Under the pieces are notes generated by a model that saw only the letters and a list, made by a program, of their open reading frames with translations, made no database searches and was not told the origin of the DNA. Positions 1-8,270 of a stretch of DNA of 24,000 nucleotides are shown here, in pieces (the first letter of the stretch is position 1; each line of letters starts with the position of its first letter). Origin of the DNA: Klebsiella phage KMI9. The stretch lies in the sequence record MN101223.1. One strand, written 5' to 3'. A program made the translations under genes and the position numbers.

Positions 1-1
1 T

Positions 2-205
2 TTGTCTATTTTAAATGGGGCTGATCGACGAGTTAAAGTGTCTATATTTAATGCATCTGGCGGAGACCAGTATGATGTTTATTTCAGTGGAACTACTATG
101 AGTGACGGTTGGAGAAGATATAGATGCGAAAACGCTGATGGCCTCAATGGATATTTTGAAGCTAGAATGGATAATCAGTTCGGTGCTTTATTAGAATATG
201 TTTGA
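2..205 (+). CDS. C-terminal fragment of a probable tail fibre/adhesin protein (truncated by window edge)
   Basis: Open frame runs into the left edge and ends TGA at 203-205. It lies immediately upstream of a t-like holin, the position of tail-fibre genes in T4-like phages. No domain recognised. Confidence 0.4.
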   Translation: MSILNGADRRVKVSIFNASGGDQYDVYFSGTTMSDGWRRYRCENADGLNGYFEARMDNQFGALLEYV

Positions 206-249
206 TAGATAAACCAACAAACTCACCTCATACTATTAAATATATTAAA

Positions 250-270
250 AGGCTACCTATATGGTAGCCT
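250..270 (+). terminator. Rho-independent terminator after tail-fibre gene
   Basis: AGGCTACC-tatat-GGTAGCCT followed by TTTTTG. Confidence 0.85.
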
Positions 271-321
271 TTTTGTTGCATCCTAAATATACCTATAGTA
301 ACCTAAGAAGAGTCTTATAAA

Positions 322-969
322 ATGGCTGAGAGAAATCCCGTAGATAAACTAGCCTTATTTGATCGGGTAATATCGTTTGTGATGGGTGTGAAAACATGGA
401 AACAATTGCTGATAAAAATAATTCTAATAATGGTTATGTTTCTTATGGTAGTAACTTGGTACAAATGGACTGATATATTCCCGATGATAAAAGGTGCCCT
501 TGTAGTCGATACAAGGGCTATCGAAATGGAAAGAACAGAAAAGTTTAATCAATCCGCGTTGGAACAGTTGAGCATAGTTCATCTTACTTCCAACGCGGAT
601 TTTTCGGCGGTACTGGCATTCAGACCAAAGAACATAAACTATTTTGTTGACATTGTAGAATATCAGGGAAAATTACCATCCCAAATCGATCCTAAAAACC
701 TCGGTGGTTATCCGATCGATAAAACATCCGAAGAATACACGAATCATATAAATGGCTTGTACTATTCATCAACTACAGCAAGTTCCTACCTACCGACACG
801 TGATTTTGTGCCAGTAGCTTATACTTTTAGTTGCCCTTATTTCAATCTTGATAACTACTATTCTGGATCGGTTTTGATGGAATGGTATGCAAAGCGGCCT
901 GATATACCAGATATGAAGATAAACATCATATGTGGACAGGCCGCGCGCATTTTAGGTCGAGCGAGGTGA
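322..969 (+). CDS. t: Holin, T4 gene t family
   Basis: Near-identical blocks to T4 T holin: ALEQLxIVHxxSxADFSAV, FRPKNxNYFVDI, YxGKLPS, LGGYPxDKT, SCPYFNLDN, CxQAARILGRA. One N-terminal TM segment. Confidence 0.97.
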   Translation: MAERNPVDKLALFDRVISFVMGVKTWKQLLIKIILIMVMFLMVVTWYKWTDIFPMIKGALVVDTRAIEMERTEKFNQSALEQLSIVHLTSNADFSAVLAFRPKNINYFVDIVEYQGKLPSQIDPKNLGGYPIDKTSEEYTNHINGLYYSSTTASSYLPTRDFVPVAYTFSCPYFNLDNYYSGSVLMEWYAKRPDIPDMKINIICGQAARILGRAR

Positions 970-1239
970 TTAACGTAATGCTGGTGTTAAATTGTGTGAT
1001 CTTCCAATAGCCCGTTTGATTGCTTTAAAGAAGTTCATCACCGGGCTATTTTTCTCGTAAATATCCCAAACTTTCAATTTGTCCCACGGATCCGGAACAT
1101 AATCTTCATTCCTTGCCGAAACCCCCAACGTAACCCTCCTGTATCCAGCGCTGTCGTGATAATACACGAAGAATGGCCTACCTATTGGCGCAACCTTACA
1201 ACCTCTCTTAGCGGCTCTCATAGCCTCATCGAACGTCAT
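970..1239 (-). CDS. Small protein resembling DUF2829/Tad2-like family (putative)
   Basis: MTFDEAMRAAKRGCKVAP...FFVYY...VPDPWDKLKVWDIY fits an MTFEEAL..GKKV....DWxxx pattern. The ATG at 1239 overlaps the upstream stop (ATGA) and has a GGGGGA Shine-Dalgarno. The track start at 1251 is TTG. Confidence 0.5.
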   Translation of the reverse strand: MTFDEAMRAAKRGCKVAPIGRPFFVYYHDSAGYRRVTLGVSARNEDYVPDPWDKLKVWDIYEKNSPVMNFFKAIKRAIGRSHNLTPALR

Positions 1240-1526
1240 GGATTCCCCCAAAAATTTCTATGCATGAATGGTCGAATTCCGATAGTTTCACTCAAAATGA
1301 ATATCGGATGATCTAGCTCATCATGGTTCTCTTCATCAATGACGATATCCCAATCAGTAGCCTTTTGTTCTTCTACCGTGGCAATGAATACCTGGTTTAC
1401 TTCACACTTGCGGTGTGTACGTCTGATGATTGTATCCCCCTCACGAAACACAATCATATCAGGATTGGTAGTGCGGTACGCGGTTTTACCCGCGCACACT
1501 TCATTAAGCATATCTTCGTATGTCAT
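1236..1526 (-). CDS. Small protein resembling DUF2829/Tad2-like family (putative), second copy
   Basis: MTYEDMLNEVCAGKTAYRTT....IVFREGD.....ATDWDIV is similar in arrangement to the DUF2829 fold signature. Start/stop overlaps with both neighbours. Confidence 0.5.
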   Translation of the reverse strand: MTYEDMLNEVCAGKTAYRTTNPDMIVFREGDTIIRRTHRKCEVNQVFIATVEEQKATDWDIVIDEENHDELDHPIFILSETIGIRPFMHRNFWGNP

Positions 1527-2323
1527 TATAAAACCTTTACACGTTGAACGATGGTTTGTTTAACGTCTTTGTATTCTCCGTGCTCTTTAACGGTTGCTTT
1601 GAAAGTGATTTCATCACCTTCGTTTGCAATGTTATTACCGAAGTAAACAACAACATTACCATCAACATTAATTTTGGTCATGAATCTTTCTACAGAAGTG
1701 TAGTAAGAAACTTGAGTATATCCCAGTGAAATCACTTTCTCAACGGTTCCGGTCATTTCCAGACGTTGTTTGATTTCACCGATGTGGTTAGCTTTAGAAA
1801 TGCGTTCCTGGCGCTCTTGTTCCCACTGTTCGCGGATTTCTTCGCGTTTGGCGATATAATCCTTTTCCAGTGCAACACCCATGCAGTAAGCGCACACAGC
1901 ATCGAATACAGGGCTGTTTTTGTTGTCTTCTTTAGACTGGTCAGCCCACCAAAGAACAGTAAACATTGGCATTTCTGCAATTACTTCGCCTTTACGTTTG
2001 CCAATCGGCATGATCCCTTGTTCCAGTAGTTCCAGTTTTTCAGTATCGAAGACTGACAGTTTACCGCGACGTTCGAACAGATCGAAATCTGCAAAGCCCT
2101 GGAATATCATTTTGAAAGTATCAGTTTCAGTTAAACGGGCTGAAACACGGTCGAAATACTCACGCGCTTTCGCTTCCGCTTTCTCCGGATCGGTAGATAA
2201 GTTGCAGATATAGTTATCAGAAGTATAACCGCCGCCTCTACGCTCAACACGCAAGGTATACATTGCATTTTTACGACCAGAAGAAATGAAGTAAGTTGTA
2301 GTAACTACGGTTGCGTTAGTCAT
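1526..2323 (-). CDS. Hypothetical phage protein; C-terminal region may be OB-fold-like
   Basis: ORF with preferred start MTNATVV at 2323 preceded by AAGGAG. Long single ORF downstream of a recognisable promoter. Confidence 0.75.
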   Translation of the reverse strand: MTNATVVTTTYFISSGRKNAMYTLRVERRGGGYTSDNYICNLSTDPEKAEAKAREYFDRVSARLTETDTFKMIFQGFADFDLFERRGKLSVFDTEKLELLEQGIMPIGKRKGEVIAEMPMFTVLWWADQSKEDNKNSPVFDAVCAYCMGVALEKDYIAKREEIREQWEQERQERISKANHIGEIKQRLEMTGTVEKVISLGYTQVSYYTSVERFMTKINVDGNVVVYFGNNIANEGDEITFKATVKEHGEYKDVKQTIVQRVKVL

Positions 2324-2362
2324 GGTATTTCTCCTTAAAAGGTATCTCGTTTCGATATGGCT

Positions 2363-2400
2363 AATATAGCAAAAGCCCCCGACCGAAGTCAAGGGCTTTT
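2363..2400 (-). promoter_or_regulatory. Composite terminator-promoter element (copy A)
   Basis: - strand: hairpin AAAAGCCCTTGAC-TTCG-GTCGGGGGCTTTT. Embedded -35 TTGACT (2387-2392), 18-bp spacer, -10 TATATT (2363-2368). Confidence 0.75.
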
Positions 2401-2403
2401 TAA

Positions 2404-2631
2404 TCATTCATTCGAATCTTTCATTGCTTTATGAAGATGAATATCAAAAATTTTCCAGTACGCCTTTCCGCGAGGATAAATTTTTGCTTTGTCAATATCG
2501 TTGTTGCTTCCCCATGTATTGTTTGGGCCACGACAGCGATTTTTTATATAATCCGTATGCCAGAATAAGCGTTGAACCGATGATTCCGTACCTAATGGAT
2601 CTTCTTTACTGAACAGAATTTGTGTACTCAT
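2404..2631 (-). CDS. Hypothetical protein, 75 aa
   Basis: ORF in operon orientation; its stop lies at the start of terminator copy A and its start overlaps the next ORF. Confidence 0.6.
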   Translation of the reverse strand: MSTQILFSKEDPLGTESSVQRLFWHTDYIKNRCRGPNNTWGSNNDIDKAKIYPRGKAYWKIFDIHLHKAMKDSNE

Positions 2632-2960
2632 AAGAAGAACCCAGTGCGAACAATCAGATCGATTTTCTTTTCTGGTTCAAACGGTGATTTGCTATCGATG
2701 TTACACTGATAGAACATACCAACATACTTTTCAGGAATGTTAGATTCAAGCGCCCATTTCAGGTTGTCATCGGTATTCGGCCCCAACATAAGGTTAACAA
2801 CATCAACAGCATAATCCTGCTCTTTGGTGTTACCGGAACCGTTTACATAATGCCCGTGGGCGGTTTTGAGGATCTCAATTACTTCGCTATCGTCGGTTTC
2901 GACTTTGTAAAGCGTTGTATTTTCAGGAATTTCTTCAAGAATGATCAAAGCGGTTTTCAT
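2628..2960 (-). CDS. Hypothetical protein (MKTALIILEEIPENTTLYKVE...)
   Basis: Preferred ATG at 2960 with AAAGGT Shine-Dalgarno. The longer 3050 start overlaps another small ORF. Confidence 0.7.
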   Translation of the reverse strand: MKTALIILEEIPENTTLYKVETDDSEVIEILKTAHGHYVNGSGNTKEQDYAVDVVNLMLGPNTDDNLKWALESNIPEKYVGMFYQCNIDSKSPFEPEKKIDLIVRTGFFL

Positions 2961-3072
2961 CACACTTACCTTTGTGTTTCTGTTTACGTTTTGCTTCTTT
3001 AAATGCTCGCTTGCGATCGCGGTGAGTAGAAGCGCGGTTAATCCATGCATGTTTCGCTACCAAATTATTCAT
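2935..3072 (-). CDS. Very small basic protein, 45 aa (MNNLVAKHAWINRASTHRDRKRAFKEAKRKQKHKGKCDENRFDHS); absent from track
   Basis: Manual translation; ATG at 3072 with AAGGGG Shine-Dalgarno, stop TGA at 2937-2935. Confidence 0.5.
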   Translation of the reverse strand: MNNLVAKHAWINRASTHRDRKRAFKEAKRKQKHKGKCDENRFDHS

Positions 3073-3097
3073 ATAAGCCCCTTAAAGAAAAATATTT

Positions 3098-3113
3098 AGG
3101 GGCTTTCGCCCCT
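3098..3113 (-). terminator. Intrinsic terminator (GAAA tetraloop)
   Basis: - strand AGGGGC-GAAA-GCCCCT followed by AAATATTTTT. Confidence 0.7.
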
Positions 3114-3116
3114 GTA

Positions 3117-3365
3117 TCAATCCAGCAGTTTGCGGATCTTGTCTGCGATACGTCCGGCACGGGTTGCGCTTGCAGTATGATCGCTTTCTTTTGAAGCCAG
3201 TTCCGCCAGCTTACGCTGATGTTCTTCTTCTGCTGCTTGGCGATCTGCTGCAACCTGTGCAACCTGCTCATTATCGTGAGCAATACGCGCTTCCAGTTCA
3301 GACAGGGTTTTGTCGAAAGTTGCTACGATTTCATCTACAGAACGAATTTTATTAAACAGTTTCAT
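3117..3365 (-). CDS. Hypothetical coiled-coil protein, 82 aa
   Basis: ORF rich in E/Q/A/K heptads, followed by a terminator hairpin. Confidence 0.65.
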   Translation of the reverse strand: MKLFNKIRSVDEIVATFDKTLSELEARIAHDNEQVAQVAADRQAAEEEHQRKLAELASKESDHTASATRAGRIADKIRKLLD

Positions 3366-3393
3366 AATTTATCTCAATTGGTTAGTTTTAATC

Positions 3394-3421
3394 AGTATAC
3401 ATCAATACGGCTGGAATTCAA
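3394..3421 (-). promoter_or_regulatory. Possible sigma70 promoter
   Basis: TTGAAT (3416-3421), 16-bp spacer, TATACT (3394-3399), upstream of the 3365 start. Confidence 0.4.
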
Positions 3422-3839
3422 AATCATAAATGTCATTCAGTGCGCGGTTCCACTCGGTGTAGTTTTCACCAGCACCATAACGCATTTGAATAGCACTTTC
3501 GAACGTTGATCCGTTGAGGTTCGGGAAACCGAACAGGTTTTTGATTTTGTCATGTGCTACATAATACAGAGAAGCACTTTCCAGCATCGCAACCATCGCA
3601 GACGGTTCGTGTTCGCGGCGCTTGATACGTAACAGAGTACGACTAGCACCAGTTTTACGGCGTTGATTTGGTGCTACGTAGAAACGGAATACTACGCGCC
3701 CTGTTTTATCATCAACTACCAGGTAAAACCCGTTTTCTTTCAGATCCACGCCTTCGAATTTCTTGAAGGTTCCGCGTTTCATGTCACCAATTTTAATTGC
3801 ATATTTGTGAATGTCAAGTCTTGTCAGAATTCTTTTCAT
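3402..3839 (-). CDS. Hypothetical protein, 145 aa
   Basis: ORF in operon orientation, overlapping the upstream ORF end. Confidence 0.7.
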   Translation of the reverse strand: MKRILTRLDIHKYAIKIGDMKRGTFKKFEGVDLKENGFYLVVDDKTGRVVFRFYVAPNQRRKTGASRTLLRIKRREHEPSAMVAMLESASLYYVAHDKIKNLFGFPNLNGSTFESAIQMRYGAGENYTEWNRALNDIYDFEFQPY

Positions 3840-4188
3840 ATTTTTTAGATACCAGTTTGCCTAATTTTGTAATTTCGCCTGTTTTTACGTTAACAAACAA
3901 GGCGATGCTCAGAAATGGGATGCTAATCACTACGCTGATCAATGTAAACAGAAAACGTATCACAAAAAGAACAGCACGTTCAAGATATCGTTGCATCCAC
4001 GCGATTCCTAAACAACTATACCCTACTATAAAGGTGGTTGCAACATAAAATGCACCAAATCCTTTACGAAATACGTAACCTTTCCCGGATTCTATCCGGT
4101 CGTCGGCCCACATTTCACGGGCAGTTTTCAGAATAGATTCACCACTAGCGCGAGTTTCGTTAGCCGAAGGCATGTTTTTAAATTTCAT
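3814..4188 (-). CDS. Hypothetical membrane protein, 124 aa
   Basis: Two hydrophobic stretches (GAFYVATTFIVGYSCLGIAW, AVLFVIRFLFTLISVVISIPFLSIALFV). Confidence 0.7.
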   Translation of the reverse strand: MKFKNMPSANETRASGESILKTAREMWADDRIESGKGYVFRKGFGAFYVATTFIVGYSCLGIAWMQRYLERAVLFVIRFLFTLISVVISIPFLSIALFVNVKTGEITKLGKLVSKKYEKNSDKT

Positions 4189-4233
4189 GATAGTCTCCTA
4201 TGCGCCCAGAACTCTCCAGGCGCGGTTGTTTAG

Positions 4234-5133
4234 TTAGTAATGGCTAAAACCATATGTAACATCAATCATGACTTTATAACGGCATACACGCATTTTTGCG
4301 TTATTGTAATCCACTGGGATCGCTACCACGTCAGCAGGATCCACCTTTACCTGAATGACTCTACCAACACCGCCCCCGTAGTGTGGAAGGTATGATTTAG
4401 CCGCAACGTGTAGGCCAGTAGAACAGGTGCGCGTTTTATCTTCGTCTACCATGTTTCGAGGCATGGAGACAGTCACACCAGGACTATTATCAAATTTGCC
4501 AGTAGCGAGATCTTTATAGTTATCGCGCACACGTTTCCAGGCAAGGAAACAACCATCATCGGTCAGTTCAATGTCATTATGTACAAGGAACCCATAAAGC
4601 TGGTATACAGCATCGCGTGAAGGGTTTCGCATCAACCGTTCAAAGAAGTTCACCAGATGTTCATACGGACGATCGTTATACATTTCGCGAATGATTCGTT
4701 GAGTGATATCAGAATCAAACACTACATCTTTATATAGAAGCTGATGACCAATGATTTTAATGTTGCCTTTGCTATAGGTTCGGATCGCTTCTTGAGTATC
4801 CAAACAAGTTACAGCACCTTTGACATCACCAGCTTTCAGCATTTCATGCGCTTTCTTAAAGTTCGGATGTGTTTCACCCGCCATGAAAACGCGCCCTTCG
4901 TATACAACCGTAATGAACGATTCAGATCCGATCATACGCGGTACAGTGTCTGATACTTTAGGCTTTTGTTTTACATCCCTTTTCTTAGGGAATTCCGCTA
5001 ACTTGCGGTTGATAACGCGCCCAATGGTTCGGGCGCTTACGTTGAACTGTTGGGCCAGTGCTGTTTTACTTGCCCCCGTCAACCATCCATTATAGATAGC
5101 TTTCTGTTGTACTTCGTCAAGAATTTTGACCAT
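4234..5133 (-). CDS. rIIB: rIIB-like protein
   Basis: Blocks shared with T4 rIIB: FDNSPGxxVxMPRxxVxxDxTxTCSxGLHVxxKSY, VVAIPVDYNxAKMRxCxY. N-terminal HTH (TGASKTALAQQFNVSARTIGRVINRKL). Confidence 0.95.
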   Translation of the reverse strand: MVKILDEVQQKAIYNGWLTGASKTALAQQFNVSARTIGRVINRKLAEFPKKRDVKQKPKVSDTVPRMIGSESFITVVYEGRVFMAGETHPNFKKAHEMLKAGDVKGAVTCLDTQEAIRTYSKGNIKIIGHQLLYKDVVFDSDITQRIIREMYNDRPYEHLVNFFERLMRNPSRDAVYQLYGFLVHNDIELTDDGCFLAWKRVRDNYKDLATGKFDNSPGVTVSMPRNMVDEDKTRTCSTGLHVAAKSYLPHYGGGVGRVIQVKVDPADVVAIPVDYNNAKMRVCRYKVMIDVTYGFSHY

Positions 5134-7394
5134 TATTTCCACCGTATTAATTTCTTAAACTCACTGAGATTCTTTTCGTTGTTGTAAATCGGACGAATTG
5201 AATAAGAATCGCTATGTTCAACAAGTGAAGCCAGTAACGGGTTTAGTGATTTAAAGATTTCCCATGCCTGATCAACACGTTTTTTCATATTGCTGCGTTT
5301 AACGCGCATTGATGCTACAGATTCACGCAGAATCGGACAACGCGCCCTGGAAAGATTTTTACCATCTTTCTCATACCCTTCCAGACACACTATAAGTTCG
5401 AGGGTATCAACAATCTTATACAGTTTTTCATTATATCGGTTTTTCACAATCCGATCAAGCGATACACCAAAACGGCTATGCAATGCGTTTGTTTCTGTTG
5501 AGTGTTCCTTGCCAATCCATCCAGGCAAGCAATTATCTTTCAATGCCTTTTCGGATTTAACATACTGCTTGCACAGCATATCATCAAAGCATACCAGATT
5601 TGAATCCGGGATCCACTTCCAGAGGCTGTTACGGATAGCAAACACAACAGGGATCCCAGTATGGCGCATGATACGCGATAAAGTAGATTCTTTCATTGCT
5701 GAATCCATAGACAACCTGGAATTTTCACCATCTAAGCGGCTATATTCATCAATACCATACAACCGAACACCTGGGGCTTTATCCAGTGATAAAAACTCTG
5801 ATTTTGTCATAAACAGAGAAGTTTTTGCCAGATTGCCGTTACTATCCAACTCATAACGATATACGGTCGGGGTTTTTGGGCGCGGTTCTGAATTTTTCGG
5901 TGCATATAGCGCTTTTGATTTTTCGCGATCTGCATCATAGATCTCTTTTTCTTTTGTCATTTCACTGGTACGGAGATACACAATTTCCGATTCATCAAAA
6001 TGACCTTTCCGAACGATATCATTAACAATCTCACGCTTTGAATCACTATCGTAATATGCAACAAAGCTAACACGGCTTAGGTTATGCATTTTAGCATACC
6101 CGACGATATACGGTTTAACCGTGTTGGTATCCACTTTTAACAGAATGAGTTTCTTCTGTTTCCACGGATAATAAATGCGTGTGATGTCCTGGCGTTTGGT
6201 TGTTTCTGGCTTATACTTGCTCCAGCGGCCTCCGCTACCAGTTACCTGATACCATGCATCTTTACCGTCGTATTCGTTCGCCCAATACCCAGCAACATAA
6301 TCATCATTATATTTGTTTGGTTTGACTAGTTCGCTATGGATCCAGCCAATAGAATCACCATTGATGCGAAAATTAGCATCTTTACCAACAAAGTTTTGTA
6401 CCATTGAAGGCAGAGAATGGAACCACGTCAGTTTATCACGCACGGTTTGTAACTTATCGAATTCTGATTTAACTCGATTGAAATATACCCGGCTGATTTG
6501 TTTCAGACGTTCTTTAACAATCCCTACTGTCATTTTATCCATACTCAACTCTTCGCGAGAAGGCATGAAATCAAGTTCACCGATCGGGAAGTCAATAATA
6601 TACGTATACTGGCTTTCTGTATAGCAATAGAACATCGAGGTATCATACAAATCTTTATCCAGAGGATAAATGATGTTACCCATGCGAGCATATACACCGC
6701 TAGTGTATGCTGATTTATGACGGATCACCCCGCTATCGTTGGTTGCTTCTTTCGGCTGATAGTTGATTTTGAGAATAGAAGCACCAACAAAGTTAGGACG
6801 AATATCAGTAAATGATTCGTATACCCTTGCTGCTTCGTTTTCCCATTCTTTGATATCTTCAACCTTAACCGGAACGGTGATAGTAACCCCGTTAGGTTCA
6901 TCGCTTTCAATCTCATACAGAGGATCGCAGAACGGTTCCCCATCATCCATATAGATTGTGTAACCGCATTTGATACCGTCTTTTACAGATTCCACCGTGA
7001 AAGCATCGGAATAGCAAAGAGGAGATTTGCAACCCAGACCCATAGAACCGATCAGGTCGTTTGAATCATTTTTAGTTGATTCGAAGTAAACGGTAAACGC
7101 ATCACTAACGAAATCAGGAGACATACCGATCCCGTAGTCACGAATAACAAAACGAGGATCAACAGCAGTTGGCAACTGGACATCAAACGGGTTCTGATTT
7201 CCCGCTTCTTTGTGTCCATCAATCGCATTACAAGACAGTTCGCGAATGATTGCGCGGATCTTGTATTTGTATACTGTCGAAGAAAGGATCTTATACGCTT
7301 TCTTGTTTGCGCGTAGAGATAGTTTGTTTCGTCCCTTGCTGGTATCTGTACCAACACGGTAGATGGTTTGCGGTGTATCTTCGCGTAATTTCAT
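5133..7394 (-). CDS. rIIA: rIIA-like protein (GHKL ATPase-type N-terminus)
   Basis: KAYKILSSTVYKYKIRAIIRELSCNAIDGH, DPRFVIRDYGIGMS, ESTKNDSNDLIGSMGLGCKSP match T4 rIIA and the GHKL motifs. Confidence 0.95.
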   Translation of the reverse strand: MKLREDTPQTIYRVGTDTSKGRNKLSLRANKKAYKILSSTVYKYKIRAIIRELSCNAIDGHKEAGNQNPFDVQLPTAVDPRFVIRDYGIGMSPDFVSDAFTVYFESTKNDSNDLIGSMGLGCKSPLCYSDAFTVESVKDGIKCGYTIYMDDGEPFCDPLYEIESDEPNGVTITVPVKVEDIKEWENEAARVYESFTDIRPNFVGASILKINYQPKEATNDSGVIRHKSAYTSGVYARMGNIIYPLDKDLYDTSMFYCYTESQYTYIIDFPIGELDFMPSREELSMDKMTVGIVKERLKQISRVYFNRVKSEFDKLQTVRDKLTWFHSLPSMVQNFVGKDANFRINGDSIGWIHSELVKPNKYNDDYVAGYWANEYDGKDAWYQVTGSGGRWSKYKPETTKRQDITRIYYPWKQKKLILLKVDTNTVKPYIVGYAKMHNLSRVSFVAYYDSDSKREIVNDIVRKGHFDESEIVYLRTSEMTKEKEIYDADREKSKALYAPKNSEPRPKTPTVYRYELDSNGNLAKTSLFMTKSEFLSLDKAPGVRLYGIDEYSRLDGENSRLSMDSAMKESTLSRIMRHTGIPVVFAIRNSLWKWIPDSNLVCFDDMLCKQYVKSEKALKDNCLPGWIGKEHSTETNALHSRFGVSLDRIVKNRYNEKLYKIVDTLELIVCLEGYEKDGKNLSRARCPILRESVASMRVKRSNMKKRVDQAWEIFKSLNPLLASLVEHSDSYSIRPIYNNEKNLSEFKKLIRWK

Positions 7395-7404
7395 TGTTTA
7401 TTTC

Positions 7405-7641
7405 TCACTTAACATTAAAAATAACTTGGTCACAAGAGTACTTCGTTGGCTTTTTGTTCAGACCATATTCTACTACTTCACAATAGGTGTCAAGGAATTT
7501 TACCAATTTTTCTTCCTCGACCTGCTGTTTCTTCATATCAAGGATACCCCACACGATAGCCCCGATAATGACAGAAAAGAACGCACAAAATCCGAATATG
7601 GTCAGATATTTTCCCAACTTAGGCGCATTATAACGTGTCAT
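7405..7641 (-). CDS. Small membrane protein downstream of rIIA
   Basis: Single hydrophobic segment YLTIFGFCAFFSVIIGAIVWGIL; operon position. Confidence 0.7.
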   Translation of the reverse strand: MTRYNAPKLGKYLTIFGFCAFFSVIIGAIVWGILDMKKQQVEEEKLVKFLDTYCEVVEYGLNKKPTKYSCDQVIFNVK

Positions 7642-7644
7642 ACG

Positions 7645-8199
7645 TTACCCCTCTTTGCGAATGTATGCAAGTTCTTCATGGGTTACTGGACGGATATACA
7701 GACGGCCTTTTGTATATGCCTTGCGCCCGCTGATCCAAATGTTTTTCATATCCTTAACACCGTTCATCACATCGTTGTAAAACTTCTTATCAGCTTTAGC
7801 CTGATAGACTTCACGGCCTTGATAATCTTTCATGAACAAACAATAAAGGATCTCGTTCTTATCAACTAGATTAGCATCCTTTGTAGTTGTTTTACTTGGT
7901 GAAGGTTTAGCACCCAGGCGCAAGGCCATAGCTTGCCACACTTTACCATGTTCATAACCGCGCCCGACAAGAGCATGAGCGATTTCGTGTAAAAGAGTGT
8001 CTAAAATATCCTCGTAGATATCTTCCGCAACATGACGACCAGATAGTTCGATCAGTTTTTTGGTATAACTGCAACGGCCCAGAGTTTTTGTAATGCGTCC
8101 ATTGATCCGGAATGTCCAACCATTACTGATCAAACCGTGTTTTTCCATCATGGTACGCGCCCAGTGGGTTACTTCCATTGCACTACGAGTTTTCAACAT
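7645..8199 (-). CDS. SprT-like zinc metalloprotease family protein
   Basis: HEIAH motif in DTLLHEIAHALVGRGYEHGKVWQAMALRLGAKP. Preferred ATG at 8199 with AAAGGAG Shine-Dalgarno. Confidence 0.8.
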   Translation of the reverse strand: MLKTRSAMEVTHWARTMMEKHGLISNGWTFRINGRITKTLGRCSYTKKLIELSGRHVAEDIYEDILDTLLHEIAHALVGRGYEHGKVWQAMALRLGAKPSPSKTTTKDANLVDKNEILYCLFMKDYQGREVYQAKADKKFYNDVMNGVKDMKNIWISGRKAYTKGRLYIRPVTHEELAYIRKEG

Positions 8200-8229
8200 T
8201 TTAGAATCTCCTTTGCTTGGTACAAAACC

Positions 8230-8266
8230 AATATAGCAAAAAGCCCCCTGCATTGCAAGAGGCTTT
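8230..8266 (-). promoter_or_regulatory. Composite terminator-promoter element (copy B)
   Basis: - strand hairpin AAAGCCTCTTGC-AAT-GCAGGGGGCTTT. Embedded -35 TTGCAA (8253-8258), 17-bp spacer, -10 TATATT (8230-8235). Confidence 0.7.
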
Positions 8267-8270
8267 GTAA

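Noticed and set aside
278-292. Possible T4 late promoter (TCCTAAATATACC) before the holin
   Set aside because: Only 6 of 8 positions match TATAAATA; too weak to call.
970-1526. asiA anti-sigma gene, expected next to t in T4
   Set aside because: Neither ORF resembles AsiA; both fit a DUF2829-like layout better.
3065-3283. 72-aa - strand ORF (MLTIMSRLHRLQQIAKQQ...)
   Set aside because: Alternative frame of the 3117-3365 ORF that reads through its terminator hairpin; no Shine-Dalgarno advantage.
4206-4226. GCGCC...GGGCGC hairpin before the 4188 start
   Set aside because: No T-tract and a large loop; insufficient for a terminator call.
5290-5856. 188-aa + strand ORF inside rIIA
   Set aside because: Fully antisense to a confidently assigned rIIA gene; no recognisable domain.
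7363-7869. 168-aa + strand ORF across rIIA end, the small membrane gene and the SprT-like gene
   Set aside because: Spans three - strand genes antisense; low-complexity F/L-rich shadow.
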